A DNA stretch of 64,000 bases from Rebecca billardiae RCC1528 (taxonomy: Eukaryota > Protista > Haptophyta): assembly GCA_965240325.2 (NCBI GenBank), contig OZ251251.1, positions 620,001 through 684,000 of the forward strand. Direction: 5' to 3'. Under the pieces are notes generated by a model. That model worked only from the letters and a program-made list of their open reading frames with translations, was not told where the DNA came from and did no database searches. Shown piece after piece: positions 27,209 to 37,605 of this stretch. Each line of letters starts with the position of its first letter. The first letter of the stretch is position 1. The translations under genes were made by a program, and so were the position numbers.

Positions 27209-30200
27209 CAAGGGCCGTAAGGGCACTCAACCCCCAGTGCGACAGGCTCGGAGGTTGGGGGGGCTCTGTTTGTCTCGATGGCCTCCGCTGCTCCGGCGGT
27301 GCTTCAAATGGTGCCGCACGTCGCGTGACATCCAGCGCTCGCGGAGCTTCCCCCGCGAGCGGGCCGGCGGCGATGTCGAACCCGGACGACTCTCGCCGCT
27401 GAGTGGCGCTGATTGAGGCTCTCTTGCCACGCGCGCCAGCCCGCGAGGCTCGCCTGTTTCCCCTCTCGGCCGGTGCAACCTGCCGTTGCCAACGCTGCGC
27501 GCGAGCTCCGCTTCGTGCCGGGCGTGCCAGCTGCAAACGGAGCTCTCGAGCTGCCTGCATCGGACACGTAGAGACCGGCGTTGGCGCATGCTGCGCCAGG
27601 TAGCGCGCAGCCGGCTGCGCCCGCGCCTGGCGTCGATGATCACTCCGCCATGTGCGCTTGGCAGCCTGTGCGGTTTCTCGAGCAACCTGCACAGTAGTGC
27701 AAGGTGGCCAGGGGGAAGGGGGGGGGCGGCGTGCCGGGCCAGGAGGATGATGTGGAATAGGCGCCAGGTATCGACTCTCGAGGCGCTCCTGCGCGCACGG
27801 CTGCAAGCGACCGGCTTGTCAACGCGTGCACCCAAACTGTCCGAGCTCAAGGTCAGGCTCTGTGCCCTGCCTGCTGACTGACAAGCGCGCAGAGGCTCAG
27901 GTGGTCGAGCCACTACGGCGGAACCGCCGTTCGTGCACAGCGTGCTAATAATATCGTGCTCGCCGCACGGCCACGGCCACGGCACCGTACTCGGCGCCGC
28001 CGTGCGGCAGCGCGCCGGGGCCGTTGTGTGTCGTGTGACAAGTCAGAGTGAGACTCAGTCTCAGAGTGAGAGTCAGCCCGTGACAAGAAGTGCTTCGATG
28101 GCCGGCTCCGACGCCTCGCCGCCGCCCCGGCGCGCTGGCTCATATGATGCCGCCAGCCAGGGTGCGGCATACTGCAACTCACGAGTCCGCTTGGACGCGG
28201 GCTGAACAGGTGAGCGGCTGAACCGCGCTGGACCTAGCAGGCTGTCTGAGTGAGGACCTCCTGCCAGACCGCCTTCGATTGGTAACGCGCGCGCGGCCGG
28301 CCCGGCCGGCCGCGCCAACCGGCCACCGGCACCGGGCACCAGTCTGACTCTCACTCCGATGACTACGCCGATGATACGCGCGGCGGCAAGAGTACCGCCG
28401 GACCCCCTGTCCTAATAAGGCGCCGAACTATCGCCCCGGTAAGCTACTATTCGGTGACGATCGGTCCGATCGGTGATCGCGGGACCGAGTCGCGACACGG
28501 TACAGCGCGAGCTGCACAGACAAGTGGTACCGGACGGTGGTGCCACTGGCCCGCCACGGCGTCGGGTCTGCTTGGATGAAGCAGCAAGCGGCATAGCACT
28601 TGCCGCATGGCTGCAGCAGCGCCGGCCCGGTGTGTGCGCTGTCGCCACGCGCGCTGTGCAGCGTCGTTGTCCTCGTCGTAGCCAGCATTCAGAGCGCACC
28701 ACTGCCTCTGAGACGCGGCGCCGACACCACTGAGCTTATCGCAAGCTGAGCAGTATACGTGATCGCGTCCGAATGCCCCATCGAATCGTCATGACTGCAT
28801 ACGCGTAGCTCGCAGAAGTGCCTCTCGGTCGCAGCATCCTGCGTGAGCGCTCGCAGGTCGACTGGCCGCAGGTTGCCGACGCAGTGCCTGGGCCTCGAAC
28901 CTCATGTAGTTCACGATGCACTGTGGGTCCGACCAAAGCGCGGATGGCATGCCACCGCACGCACACGCCACCGCAACGGGGAAACAGTCCTGCCATTGCG
29001 CAGCTGAGCCGGCGCTGCGTCCATCTGGTCGAGCCGCGGATCGGTCGGGTTCGCGCACTGCCGCACATCGGCTCGATGCCACCTTCTTCAGCTTTGTGTT
29101 CGGGACTCTGGGCGCAGCGGCAGCTGCGCGAGCCGGCGTGGGCGCGCGTGCGCGCTCGGCTGCGGGCAACGCCATTGCCGCGCGTGCCGTGCCGCTGGCG
29201 CCGCGCTCGGCTGGGCAGCGGCGGCGGGTGGCGATGCCGCGGTCGGCGCAGTGTGAGATCGTGCGGCGGCTGTTGGCAGCGCGATGCTCGGCTGCCCGGC
29301 GGCTGCGGGCGCTGATGCGGGCGGCTGGGCGGCGCTCGGGAGGCTCGCAGCAGCTGGTGCTGACAGCAGCTGCTCAGGCGCGGCTGCGTGCGCCGCGGCG
29401 TGCTCGGCTGCGCCGCGGCGGCGGGGAGAGCGGGGCCGGCCCCATCGCAGGCCTCTCACGGAAGCGAGCACAACAGACCCCCCCCAACCAACCGAGGGCG
29501 GTAAGGGCTGTCAACTCCCAGTGGCGGCAGCGCCAGAGGTTGGTCGCCGCTTCTTCGCTGCGCGGCCTCGCTCCAGCGACTAACTCTCGTGGGCGCCCGC
29601 CCTGGGGGGCGAGTGGGGCGCGCACGGCGCGAGCTCCTGTGGCCGTGTACGCGCGCGCGGAGGCGGCGCGCGTGGCTGGGCAGGTGCTAAGGAGTGCATG
29701 TCGCCCTCCCACGCCGCGCGCCTTGCTCGCCGCCGCTTTCGCCGCGCCTCAGGCCAGCGCGCACGCGTGCGCCGCCTCCAGAGCCAGCCTCGGGCAATCG
29801 GCAGCTGCCCGCGCATGTGTGGTGCGCGGTCTGGTCGGCGCGAGTCGGTCGGGGCCATCGGGCGAGGCTCGCATACTATAGACGCGCGCCATGCCGCCTC
29901 GCGCCGCCGCGCGTGGGTTGTCATGGGTCGACACGCAAGCATCTTAGGTCTGACACGAACTGCAGCACGAATGCGAAAATGCTCATGTTTGGACGCTCAT
30001 GGAGACGCTGGAGAGCACAATAGACGCGCGCAGGCGATGAAGAGCGGGGCAATGCACTCATAGGACGCCGTACAAGCGCCCAATGCGGCCGCCTATCACG
30101 CGCATGTGCGCTCACTGTCACGTATTCGAGCTCATTTCTGCTTGTCGTGCATTCATCGATCAGCTTCCTTCAACAGCTTCACGGGATGGGACCGGGCCCA

Positions 30201-30670
30201 TGCGCGGCGGCGCGAGGCGGCATGGCGCGCGTCTATAGTATGCGAGCCTCGCCCGATGGCCCCGACCGACTCGCGCCGACCAGACCGCGCACCACACATG
30301 CGCGGGCGGCTGCCGATTGCCCGAGGCTGGCTCTGGAGGCGGCGCACGCGTGCGCGCTGGCCTGAGGCGCGGCGAAAGCGGCGGCGAGCAAGGCGCGCGG
30401 CGTGGGAGGGCGACATGCACTCCTTAGCACCTGCCCAGCCACGCGCGCCGCCTCCGCGCGCGCGTACACGGCCACAGGAGCTCGCGCCGTGCGCGCCCCA
30501 CTCGCCCCCCAGGGCGGGCGCCCACGAGAGTTAGTCGCTGGAGCGAGGCCGCGCAGCAGCGAAGCGGCGACCAACCTCTTCCACTGCCGCCACTGGGAGT
30601 TGACAGCCCTTACCGCCCTTGCCCCAACCTCCGCACTGGGGGTTGAGTGCCCTTACTGGTACGGCCCTTG
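27209..30670. mobile_element. CAAGGG-family element A (3.46 kb including nested element B), 7-bp TSD GCTGATG
   Basis: Left end GCTGATG|CAAGGGCCGTAAGGGCACTCAACCCCCAGTGC; right end GCACTGGGGGTTGAGTGCCCTTAC(TGGTA)CGGCCCTTG|GCTGATG. The TIR continues on the far side of element B (27250-27277 vs 29465-29488). No transposase ORF was seen. Confidence 0.85.
29489..30621. mobile_element. Foldback element B (1,133 bp, ~425-bp TIRs) nested in the right TIR of element A, 7-bp TSD CCCCAAC
   Basis: 29495-29917 is the near-perfect reverse complement of 30197-30619; CCCCAAC occurs at 29482-29488 and 30622-30628. Confidence 0.88.
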
Positions 30671-30737
30671 GCTGATGCTCGCCCTGCCCGGACGCACGCA
30701 CGGAGCGGGGTGAGCACCTACCGAGTACGGGCTCAGG

Positions 30738-31871
30738 CAAGGGAGTCAAGGGTGCCCGCGCCCCAGTGGCGCGCTCAGCGGATGTTGGGACACACCTTTT
30801 GCCCGCGGCCTGCGGCGGGCGGCGGCGAGGGCGTGCTCCGCTGGCGGGGCGAGCGCACGGGGCACGGCGCTGCGGGCGCGGATGTGCCCGCGAAGCCGGC
30901 GCGTGCGGACGGGCTGTTGCGGGAGAGTATCTGGCGCCCTCCTGCGCCGCGCGACTTGCGCAACGCCTCTTTCGCCTCGGCTCAGGGCAGCGCGCACGCA
31001 CGCGCCGCCTCAAGGCCAGCCTTGCCTGCGCCGCAGCCGACCGCGCGCGCGCCGTGCGCGGATTGGTCGGGAAGGAGCGGGCGCTGCTGCCGGGCGAGAT
31101 GGCGACACCATGCGCGCACGCCATGCCGCCCTGCGATGCCGCGACAGGGCACGGCAATAGATCTGCACAGCTGTTGACGAGTGCTGATCGCTTGTCATGC
31201 CAAGCCAGACCTGAGCCTCAGCCGGCTGAGCTCGAAGAAGATGATGAAAGAGCATCAGCGCGAGGAAAGCGTCGCTGCCAGCACTTCTGCATGACCACGC
31301 GGTGATGAACATTCATGTAAGAGTAGCCCGCGTGCCCGTCTGGCACTGTTCTGGGTCTCAATGATCGTCCCGACATTCCGACAAGGGTCACGACCGCGAC
31401 GGGCCGTGCACAACATTTGTGACAAGTCAAAGAGGCATGCAAACAGACCGACGACGCGCTCGTCAAGGCGTGGCGGGGCGGCATGGCGTGCGCGCATGAT
31501 GTCGCCATCTCGCCCGGCAGCAGCGCCCGCTCCTTCCCGACCAATCCGCGCACGGCGCGCGCGCGGTCGGCTGCGGCGCAGCCCAAGGCTGGCCTTGAGG
31601 CGGCGCGTGCGTGCGCGCTGCCCTGAGCCGAGGCGAAAGAGGCGTTGCGCAAGTCGCGCGGCGCAGGAGGGCGCCAGATACTCTCCCGCAACAGCCCGTC
31701 CGCACGCGCCGGCTTCGCGGGCACATCCGCGCCCGCAGCGCCGTGCCCCGTGCGCTCGCCCCGCCAGCGGAGCACGCCCTCGCCGCCGCCCGCCGCAGGC
31801 CGCGGGCAAAAAGGTGTGTCCCAACATCCGCTGAGCGCGCCACTGGGGCGCGGGCACCCTTGACTCCCTTG
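30738..31871. mobile_element. Foldback element C (1,134 bp, ~395-bp TIRs), 7-bp TSD GCTCAGG
   Basis: GCTCAGG|CAAGGGAGTCAAGGG ... CCCTTGACTCCCTTG|GCTCAGG; 30738-31131 is inverted to 31476-31871. Confidence 0.9.
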
Positions 31872-32398
31872 GCTCAGGGCTGGACTCGAGCGACGGCTGT
31901 GGATACGACGAGCCGCAGAGCAGCGCTGACTGCTACACGGGACTCGGGCTCAGCCTCACCGTTGGTCAGGCACTGTGCAATCCGCTGCACAAGCGGGTAG
32001 CATCGGCGACGGCGCAGTCAATGAATTTGAGCTCTATTCGAAACTACAAACGTACAGGTGCGGGTATCACAAGCGCAACGACCGCTGATGTATTATCTAC
32101 AGAAGCCTTTCGGATTCGAAGTTTCGCACAGCTGTGCCTGACAATGATAATGGATGGCCGGACAATAAGTATTCATTTCAAGAATCATTCTCAGTTCGCC
32201 CCAGCACTCGTTCGGAAGGATCCAGGCCTGAAAACGCTGTTCCCATTGGTCGCTTCCCAAATGAAAAAACACGCTGAGAATGATTGCTGGCGAGATCGGA
32301 TGATCCTAGTCAAGAACTGGGGCTCAGCAATCGTCGATCATCAATGCGAGACCTCGTCAGTCGTCACTCATCCATCGAGCAACACTCGCAGAAGGCAG

Positions 32399-33931
32399 AT
32401 GACGCCGTCTCGACAGCGCGCGGCCGAGCCGCGCCCGACGCTCGCCAGCCTGCCGACGGAGACGGTCGAGCGCATCGTCGAGAAGATCGAGCGCGCGCGC
32501 GATCTGGCGGCGGCCAACGCCACCTCGCGCCTCTTCCGCGGACCGCCCGGCGGCAGCTCGCTCGTCGAGCATGCGCTCCGCGAGCGCGCGCGAGCGCGCG
32601 GGCACGGGCACGAGGTGCCCGCGACGCTGCCCCGCGGCGCGCTCACGTGGGCGCACGAGCTTCTGATGCGCGAGCGGGTGCTCGAGCTCGCGTGCGTGCA
32701 CGCGCAAGTCGTTGGCGGCAGCGGCCGGTGCGATGCAAGCCTCAACCTGACCGCGCACATGTCCGCGTTTGTCACGGCGGACGGGGGTCTGTACACGTGC
32801 GGCGAGACGACGCCAGTCGTGCTGAAGACGGGCGCCGGCCGCTGCCCGGTGGCGCTGGGCCACTCGGTCGCGCAGAGCGCACCTGTCGTCGTGCCCAAGC
32901 GCGTGCCGTCGCTCTCGGCGGTGCGCGTGCGCGCGGTCGGTGTCGGCTGGTACCACATGCTCGCGCTGAGCGACGCCGGGACCGTGTACTCGTGCGGCGT
33001 GGAGTTCGCGGGGCAGCTTGGGCTGGGCAACCAGGGCACGAGCCTCGGCTTCGAGCCCGTCGGCGGCGCGCTCGAGACCGAGCGCATCGTCTCCATCGCC
33101 GCGAGCGCCGACCAATCGTTCGCCCTGACCGCCGGCGGCGCGGTGTACAGCTGGGGCTCCAACCTCTCGGGCCAACTCGGCCACGGCGACCGGGAGGAGC
33201 GGTGGGAGCCGGAGAGGATCGAGGCGCTCGACGGCGTGCGCGTCGGCGGTGTGTCCACCGGCGAGGCGCACACGCTCGCGCTCTCCACGTGCGGCGCCGT
33301 CTACTCCTTCGGCTGCGGGTACGACGGGCGGTGCGGGCACGGCGGCGTGCACGATGAGCTGCTGCCTCGGCGGGTGGATGGGCTCGCGGCCGTGCGCGCG
33401 GTGCACGTGAGCGCGGGCGGGGACCACAGCCTGGTGGTGGACGCGTCGGGCGGCGTGCACGCGTTCGGCTGGGGCTACTTTGGCGCACTCGGCCACGGCG
33501 GCCGCACCGAGGGCTACCACCTCGAGCCGATCCGCATCGAGGCGCTCGCGGGCGTGCGCGCCGTGCGCGCCTCGGCCGGGCTCTCGAGCTGCGCGGTGCT
33601 GGGCGCGGACGGCAGCGTACACGCGTTCGGGCGGAACGCGGAGGGCCAGCTCGGCGTGGGCCACGCGCTGAGCGTGCGTCGCCCGCGCCGTGTCTACGCG
33701 CCCGATGCCTTCGCCGGCGAGCGCGTTCTCGGCGTCTCGCTCGCACCGTACCACGCGATGTACGTGACGGCGGACGGACGCGTCCACACGTGCGGCGCGC
33801 TCACCGGCGCGCTTGGCCGCGGCACGAGCACAGGCGCTGCCTACACGCACGGGGAAGGCGACCTCCACCTCGAGATGCGCTGCGTGGAGGAGCTGCCGCG
33901 CGTGCATGTGCTCGGTCACGGCGGTTGCTGA
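32399..33931 (+). CDS. F-box-like + RCC1-repeat protein, copy 1 (intronless, 510 aa)
   Basis: N-terminal PTLASLPTETVERIVEKIERARDLAAANATSRLFR (F-box-like); RCC1 repeats such as VYSWGSNLSGQLGHGD, VSTGEAHTLAL, VSAGGDHSLVV and AFGRNAEGQLGVG. The ATG at 32399 is shared with copy 2. Confidence 0.88.
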   Translation: MTPSRQRAAEPRPTLASLPTETVERIVEKIERARDLAAANATSRLFRGPPGGSSLVEHALRERARARGHGHEVPATLPRGALTWAHELLMRERVLELACVHAQVVGGSGRCDASLNLTAHMSAFVTADGGLYTCGETTPVVLKTGAGRCPVALGHSVAQSAPVVVPKRVPSLSAVRVRAVGVGWYHMLALSDAGTVYSCGVEFAGQLGLGNQGTSLGFEPVGGALETERIVSIAASADQSFALTAGGAVYSWGSNLSGQLGHGDREERWEPERIEALDGVRVGGVSTGEAHTLALSTCGAVYSFGCGYDGRCGHGGVHDELLPRRVDGLAAVRAVHVSAGGDHSLVVDASGGVHAFGWGYFGALGHGGRTEGYHLEPIRIEALAGVRAVRASAGLSSCAVLGADGSVHAFGRNAEGQLGVGHALSVRRPRRVYAPDAFAGERVLGVSLAPYHAMYVTADGRVHTCGALTGALGRGTSTGAAYTHGEGDLHLEMRCVEELPRVHVLGHGGC

Positions 33932-35084
33932 GTTCGTGACAGTAGGCGGTGGTGGATCCTTGGGACTACACACCTCGAGCTGACGGGGCACATGGGTCGC
34001 CGCTCTCCGTGACCCCGGCAGTACCGGCGCCACTCGCGCTCCGCCGCGACACACCTTGCATGGGCGATGCTTACTGCTCGCGCGCGGATGGCGACCTGCG
34101 CATCACGCGGAGACACCATATCAGGTGACTACCGGTCGTGCACGTGCCCGGCGGACAGGGCGCCAGCCTCAGAGTTAGCCGCCGATAAACGGTGTTCACC
34201 CTCGCGGTTCAACTGAGTCGTGTTCCCGAATCCCGAGTGGAAGAACACCAACCTGGATGCTCTTAACGAGGGGGATCTGAAATATATGCCTTTGTCTTTC
34301 ATTAACGCAAGTCTGCAACCGCCATTCGTAGTCGTCTTCAATTTGGGTGCATCCTCATTTGTTCACTTGGGGCGAATGCGAAAGGTTGCAAACCGTTCCA
34401 AAGTGTTTGCAAGAACGCCGTCAAACGCCGAAAGGTCGCAATACTGAATAACTCATCCATGAACGTCGTACGACGAATCAGGAGACCTGCGCCGTCCTAC
34501 CTGTGCCGTAAAATCATAGAATGAGTATTGCCAGGGTTGCAATTTTGAAAGTGCGAGTTGCGAGTGCTGCGATACCCGCACGCGACACGTCGGTTCGTTC
34601 ATGATGTGGTTAAGAAAAAAACGTTGACGGCGCCGTAGAGTGCCTCTCGTAGTTACTGGTTTTCCGTTGAAATCCAGATCCTCCTCCTTCGTTGGAGAAT
34701 CCAGGGCTGGACCCGCTTCTCGGACTCGGGAACCTCTTCTGACGATAGATCTGGTAGCCAGTACTGTGTCCGACTCGCTTGCAGAGCAGGGCGGCAGTGA
34801 AATGTCAAATGTGAATACTACGACTGATAATCGGCGGCTAACTCTGAGGCTGGCGCCCTGTCCGCCGGGCACGTGCACGACCGGTAGTCACCTGATATGG
34901 TGTCTCCGCGTGATGCGCAGGTCGCCATCCGCGCGCGAGCAGTAAGCATCGCCCATGCAAGGTGTGTCGCGGCGGAGCGCGAGTGGCGCCGGTACTGCCG
35001 GGGTCACGGAGAGCGGCGACCCATGTGCCCCGTCAGCTCGAGGTGTGTAGTCCCAAGGATCCACCACCGCCTACTGTCACGAAC

Positions 35085-36626
35085 TCAGCAACCGCCGTGA
35101 CCGAGCACATGCACGCGCGGCAGCTCCTCCACGCAGCGCATCTCGAGGTGGAGGTCGCCTTCCCCGTGCGTGTAGGCAGCGCCTGTGCTCGTGCCGCGGC
35201 CAAGCGCGCCGGTGAGCGCGCCGCACGTGTGGACGCGTCCGTCCGCCGTCACGTACATCGCGTGGTACGGTGCGAGCGAGACGCCGAGAACGCGCTCGCC
35301 GGCGAAGGCATCGGGCGCGTAGACACGGCGCGGGCGACGCACGCTCAGCGCGTGGCCCACGCCGAGCTGGCCCTCCGCGTTCCGCCCGAACGCGTGTACG
35401 CTGCCGTCCGCGCCCAGCACCGCGCAGCTCGAGAGCCCGGCCGAGGCGCGCACGGCGCGCACGCCCGCGAGCGCCTCGATGCAGATCGGCTCGGGGTGGT
35501 AGCCCTCGGTGTGGCCGCCGTGGCCGAGTGCGCCAAAGCAGCCCCAGCCGAACGCGTGCACGCCGCCCGACGCGTCCACCACCAGGCTGTGGTCCCCGCC
35601 CGCGCTCACGTGCACCGCGCGCACGGCCGCGAGCCCATCCAGGCCATCCACCCGCCGAGGCAGCAGCTCATCGTGCATGCCGCCGTGCCCGCACCGCCCG
35701 TCGTACCCGCAGCCGAAGGAGTAGACGGCGCCGCACGTGGAGAGCGCGAGCGTGTGCGCCTCGCCGGCGGACACACCGCCGACGCGCACGCCGTCGAGCG
35801 CCTCGATCCTCTCCGGCTCCCACCGCTCCTCCCGGTCGCCGTGGCCGAGTTGGCCCGAGAGGTTGGAGCCCCAGCTGTACACCGCGCCGCCGGCGGTCAG
35901 GGCGAACGATTGGTCGGCGCTCGCGGCGATGGAGACGATGCGCTCGGTCTCGAGCGCGCCGCCGACGGGCTCGAAGCCGAGGCTCGTGCCCTGGTTGCCC
36001 AGCCCCAGCTGCCCCGCGAACTCCACGCCGCACGAGTACACGGTCCCGGCGTCGCTCAGCGCGAGCATGTGGTACCAGCCGACGCCGACCGCGCGCACGC
36101 GCACCGCCGAGAGCGACGGCACGCGCTTGGGCACGACGACAGGTGCGCTCTGCGCGACCGAGTGGCCCAGCGCCACCGGGCAGCGGCCGGCGCCCGTCTT
36201 CAGCACGACTGGCGTCGTCTCGCCGCACGTGTACAGACCCCCGTCCGCCGTGACAAACGCGGACATGTGCGCGGTCAGGTTGAGGCTTGCATCGCACCGG
36301 CCGCTGCCGCCAACGACTTGCGCATGCACGCACGCGAGCTCGAGCACGCGCTCGCGCATCAGAAGCTCGTGTGCCCACGTGAGCGCGCCGTGGGGCAGCG
36401 TCGCGGGCACCTCGTGCCCGTGCCCGCGCGCTCGCGCGCGCTCGCGGAGCGCATGCTCGACGAGCGAGCTGCCGCCGGGCGGTCCGCGGAAGAGGCGCGA
36501 GGTGGCGTTGGCCGCCGCCAGATCGCGCGCGTGCTCGATCTTCTCGACGATGCGCTCGACCATCTCCGTCGGCAGGCTGGCGAGCGTCGGGCGCGGCTCG
36601 GCCGCGCGCTGTCGAGACGGCGTCAT
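35085..36626 (-). CDS. F-box-like + RCC1-repeat protein, copy 2 (513 aa)
   Basis: Inverted near-identical copy with a 3-codon insertion (VDGLDGL) and about 9 amino-acid changes. Confidence 0.88.
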   Translation of the reverse strand: MTPSRQRAAEPRPTLASLPTEMVERIVEKIEHARDLAAANATSRLFRGPPGGSSLVEHALRERARARGHGHEVPATLPHGALTWAHELLMRERVLELACVHAQVVGGSGRCDASLNLTAHMSAFVTADGGLYTCGETTPVVLKTGAGRCPVALGHSVAQSAPVVVPKRVPSLSAVRVRAVGVGWYHMLALSDAGTVYSCGVEFAGQLGLGNQGTSLGFEPVGGALETERIVSIAASADQSFALTAGGAVYSWGSNLSGQLGHGDREERWEPERIEALDGVRVGGVSAGEAHTLALSTCGAVYSFGCGYDGRCGHGGMHDELLPRRVDGLDGLAAVRAVHVSAGGDHSLVVDASGGVHAFGWGCFGALGHGGHTEGYHPEPICIEALAGVRAVRASAGLSSCAVLGADGSVHAFGRNAEGQLGVGHALSVRRPRRVYAPDAFAGERVLGVSLAPYHAMYVTADGRVHTCGALTGALGRGTSTGAAYTHGEGDLHLEMRCVEELPRVHVLGHGGC

Positions 36627-37605
36627 CTGCCTTCTGCGAGTGTTGCTCGACGAGTCACGACGTCTCAGGTCTCCGGGATCGGTCGGCGGTGCCGGCTTCT
36701 CCGGCCGTCGGCCGAATCTCAGCGCGACGAAGGTCGATCAAGCGATCGCTTCGTCAAGGGTTCATCAATGAAGATAATCATATCGCCCGCCAACATTCAT
36801 TTCGAGGGAATACTGAAATTCATATGTTGGCGTTGGTCATATTGCCTATGATGGTGTTGTTCGGCTTCTCATGGGTACACCTTATATGCGATCTCAGGCA
36901 TGGTGAGGGTGGGTCAGCCGGTGAAAGTGGGGTAGGGATTCATCCTTTATTTTTGGAGAATTAGGGGTAATGAGTTTGTTTCGTCAACCATCACACGGGC
37001 TTGAACGAACCTTCCAGACTGAAACCTTTTTTTTCGAGAACGAAGCGCATAACGGGCACGTGCCCCCCCCGCGGAACTACTACTTTCAACTCTCAGTCCA
37101 GATTCAAACAAGACCAAGTTGATATCTGAGTAGGAGTACGACGGTATTTGATAGTACGGAGGGTTCGCGATTCCTTATCATATCATTTGGTTCGCGCGGG
37201 TTGGCTACGGCCTGGCCAGGGCGGTGGCGGATTGTTGGTGTGCCCCCAGATATGAGATAGCGCCGAGACCCAGTGACGGCGCGTGCGTGCTGGCCTTGCT
37301 CCGCCGCGTTAACCGGTTGGTGCTTGCGGACGGCACCAGAGGCGCGCCAGCGCCCGTCGTCCTCGTCACCCCGCGGCCGCCCCGGCCGCGTCGTCCCGAC
37401 AAAGCCTCGCGTCGCGGACGAACGACGCCGGCCGCCTGGCCCGGGCTCCGAGTGTCCGACTGGGCGCCGATCGGTCATCGGCCAGTGGCCTGCGAGCGGG
37501 CGCGCCACCCCGCGGACTACATCGCCGGCCCGGCGCAGCCTGGCAGCGGCACCGCGCCCGCGGCGGCCTGATGAGGCTGATGATTCAAGCCGGCCAGGGC
37601 GCGAG

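Larger units (their letters stand above)
25693..31930 (+). pseudogene. Decayed gene interrupted by foldback elements A, B and C (remnants 25693-27208, 30671-30737, 31872-~31930)
   Basis: Coding-like GC3 bias with in-frame stops and frameshifts (e.g. ELGRV*NLTHGVAELFARW; HNLFVPQYHRGYV*LRDVLLP; FVALALQSCHWRVVDRPHPERLVLY). The sequence continues across both insertion sites. Confidence 0.4.
32375..36650. repeat. Large inverted duplication: arms 32375-34186 and 34830-36650 around a 643-bp spacer
   Basis: The arms are reverse complements apart from scattered substitutions and a 9-bp indel (1,812 vs 1,821 bp). Confidence 0.95.

Noticed and set aside
32021-32398. N-terminal extension of the 636-aa RCC1 ORF
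   Set aside because: It is AT-richer, lies almost entirely outside the duplicated arm and is absent from copy 2; the ATG at 32399 is the likelier start.
36961-36966. TTAGGG telomere-like hexamer
   Set aside because: It is an isolated copy with no tandem array.
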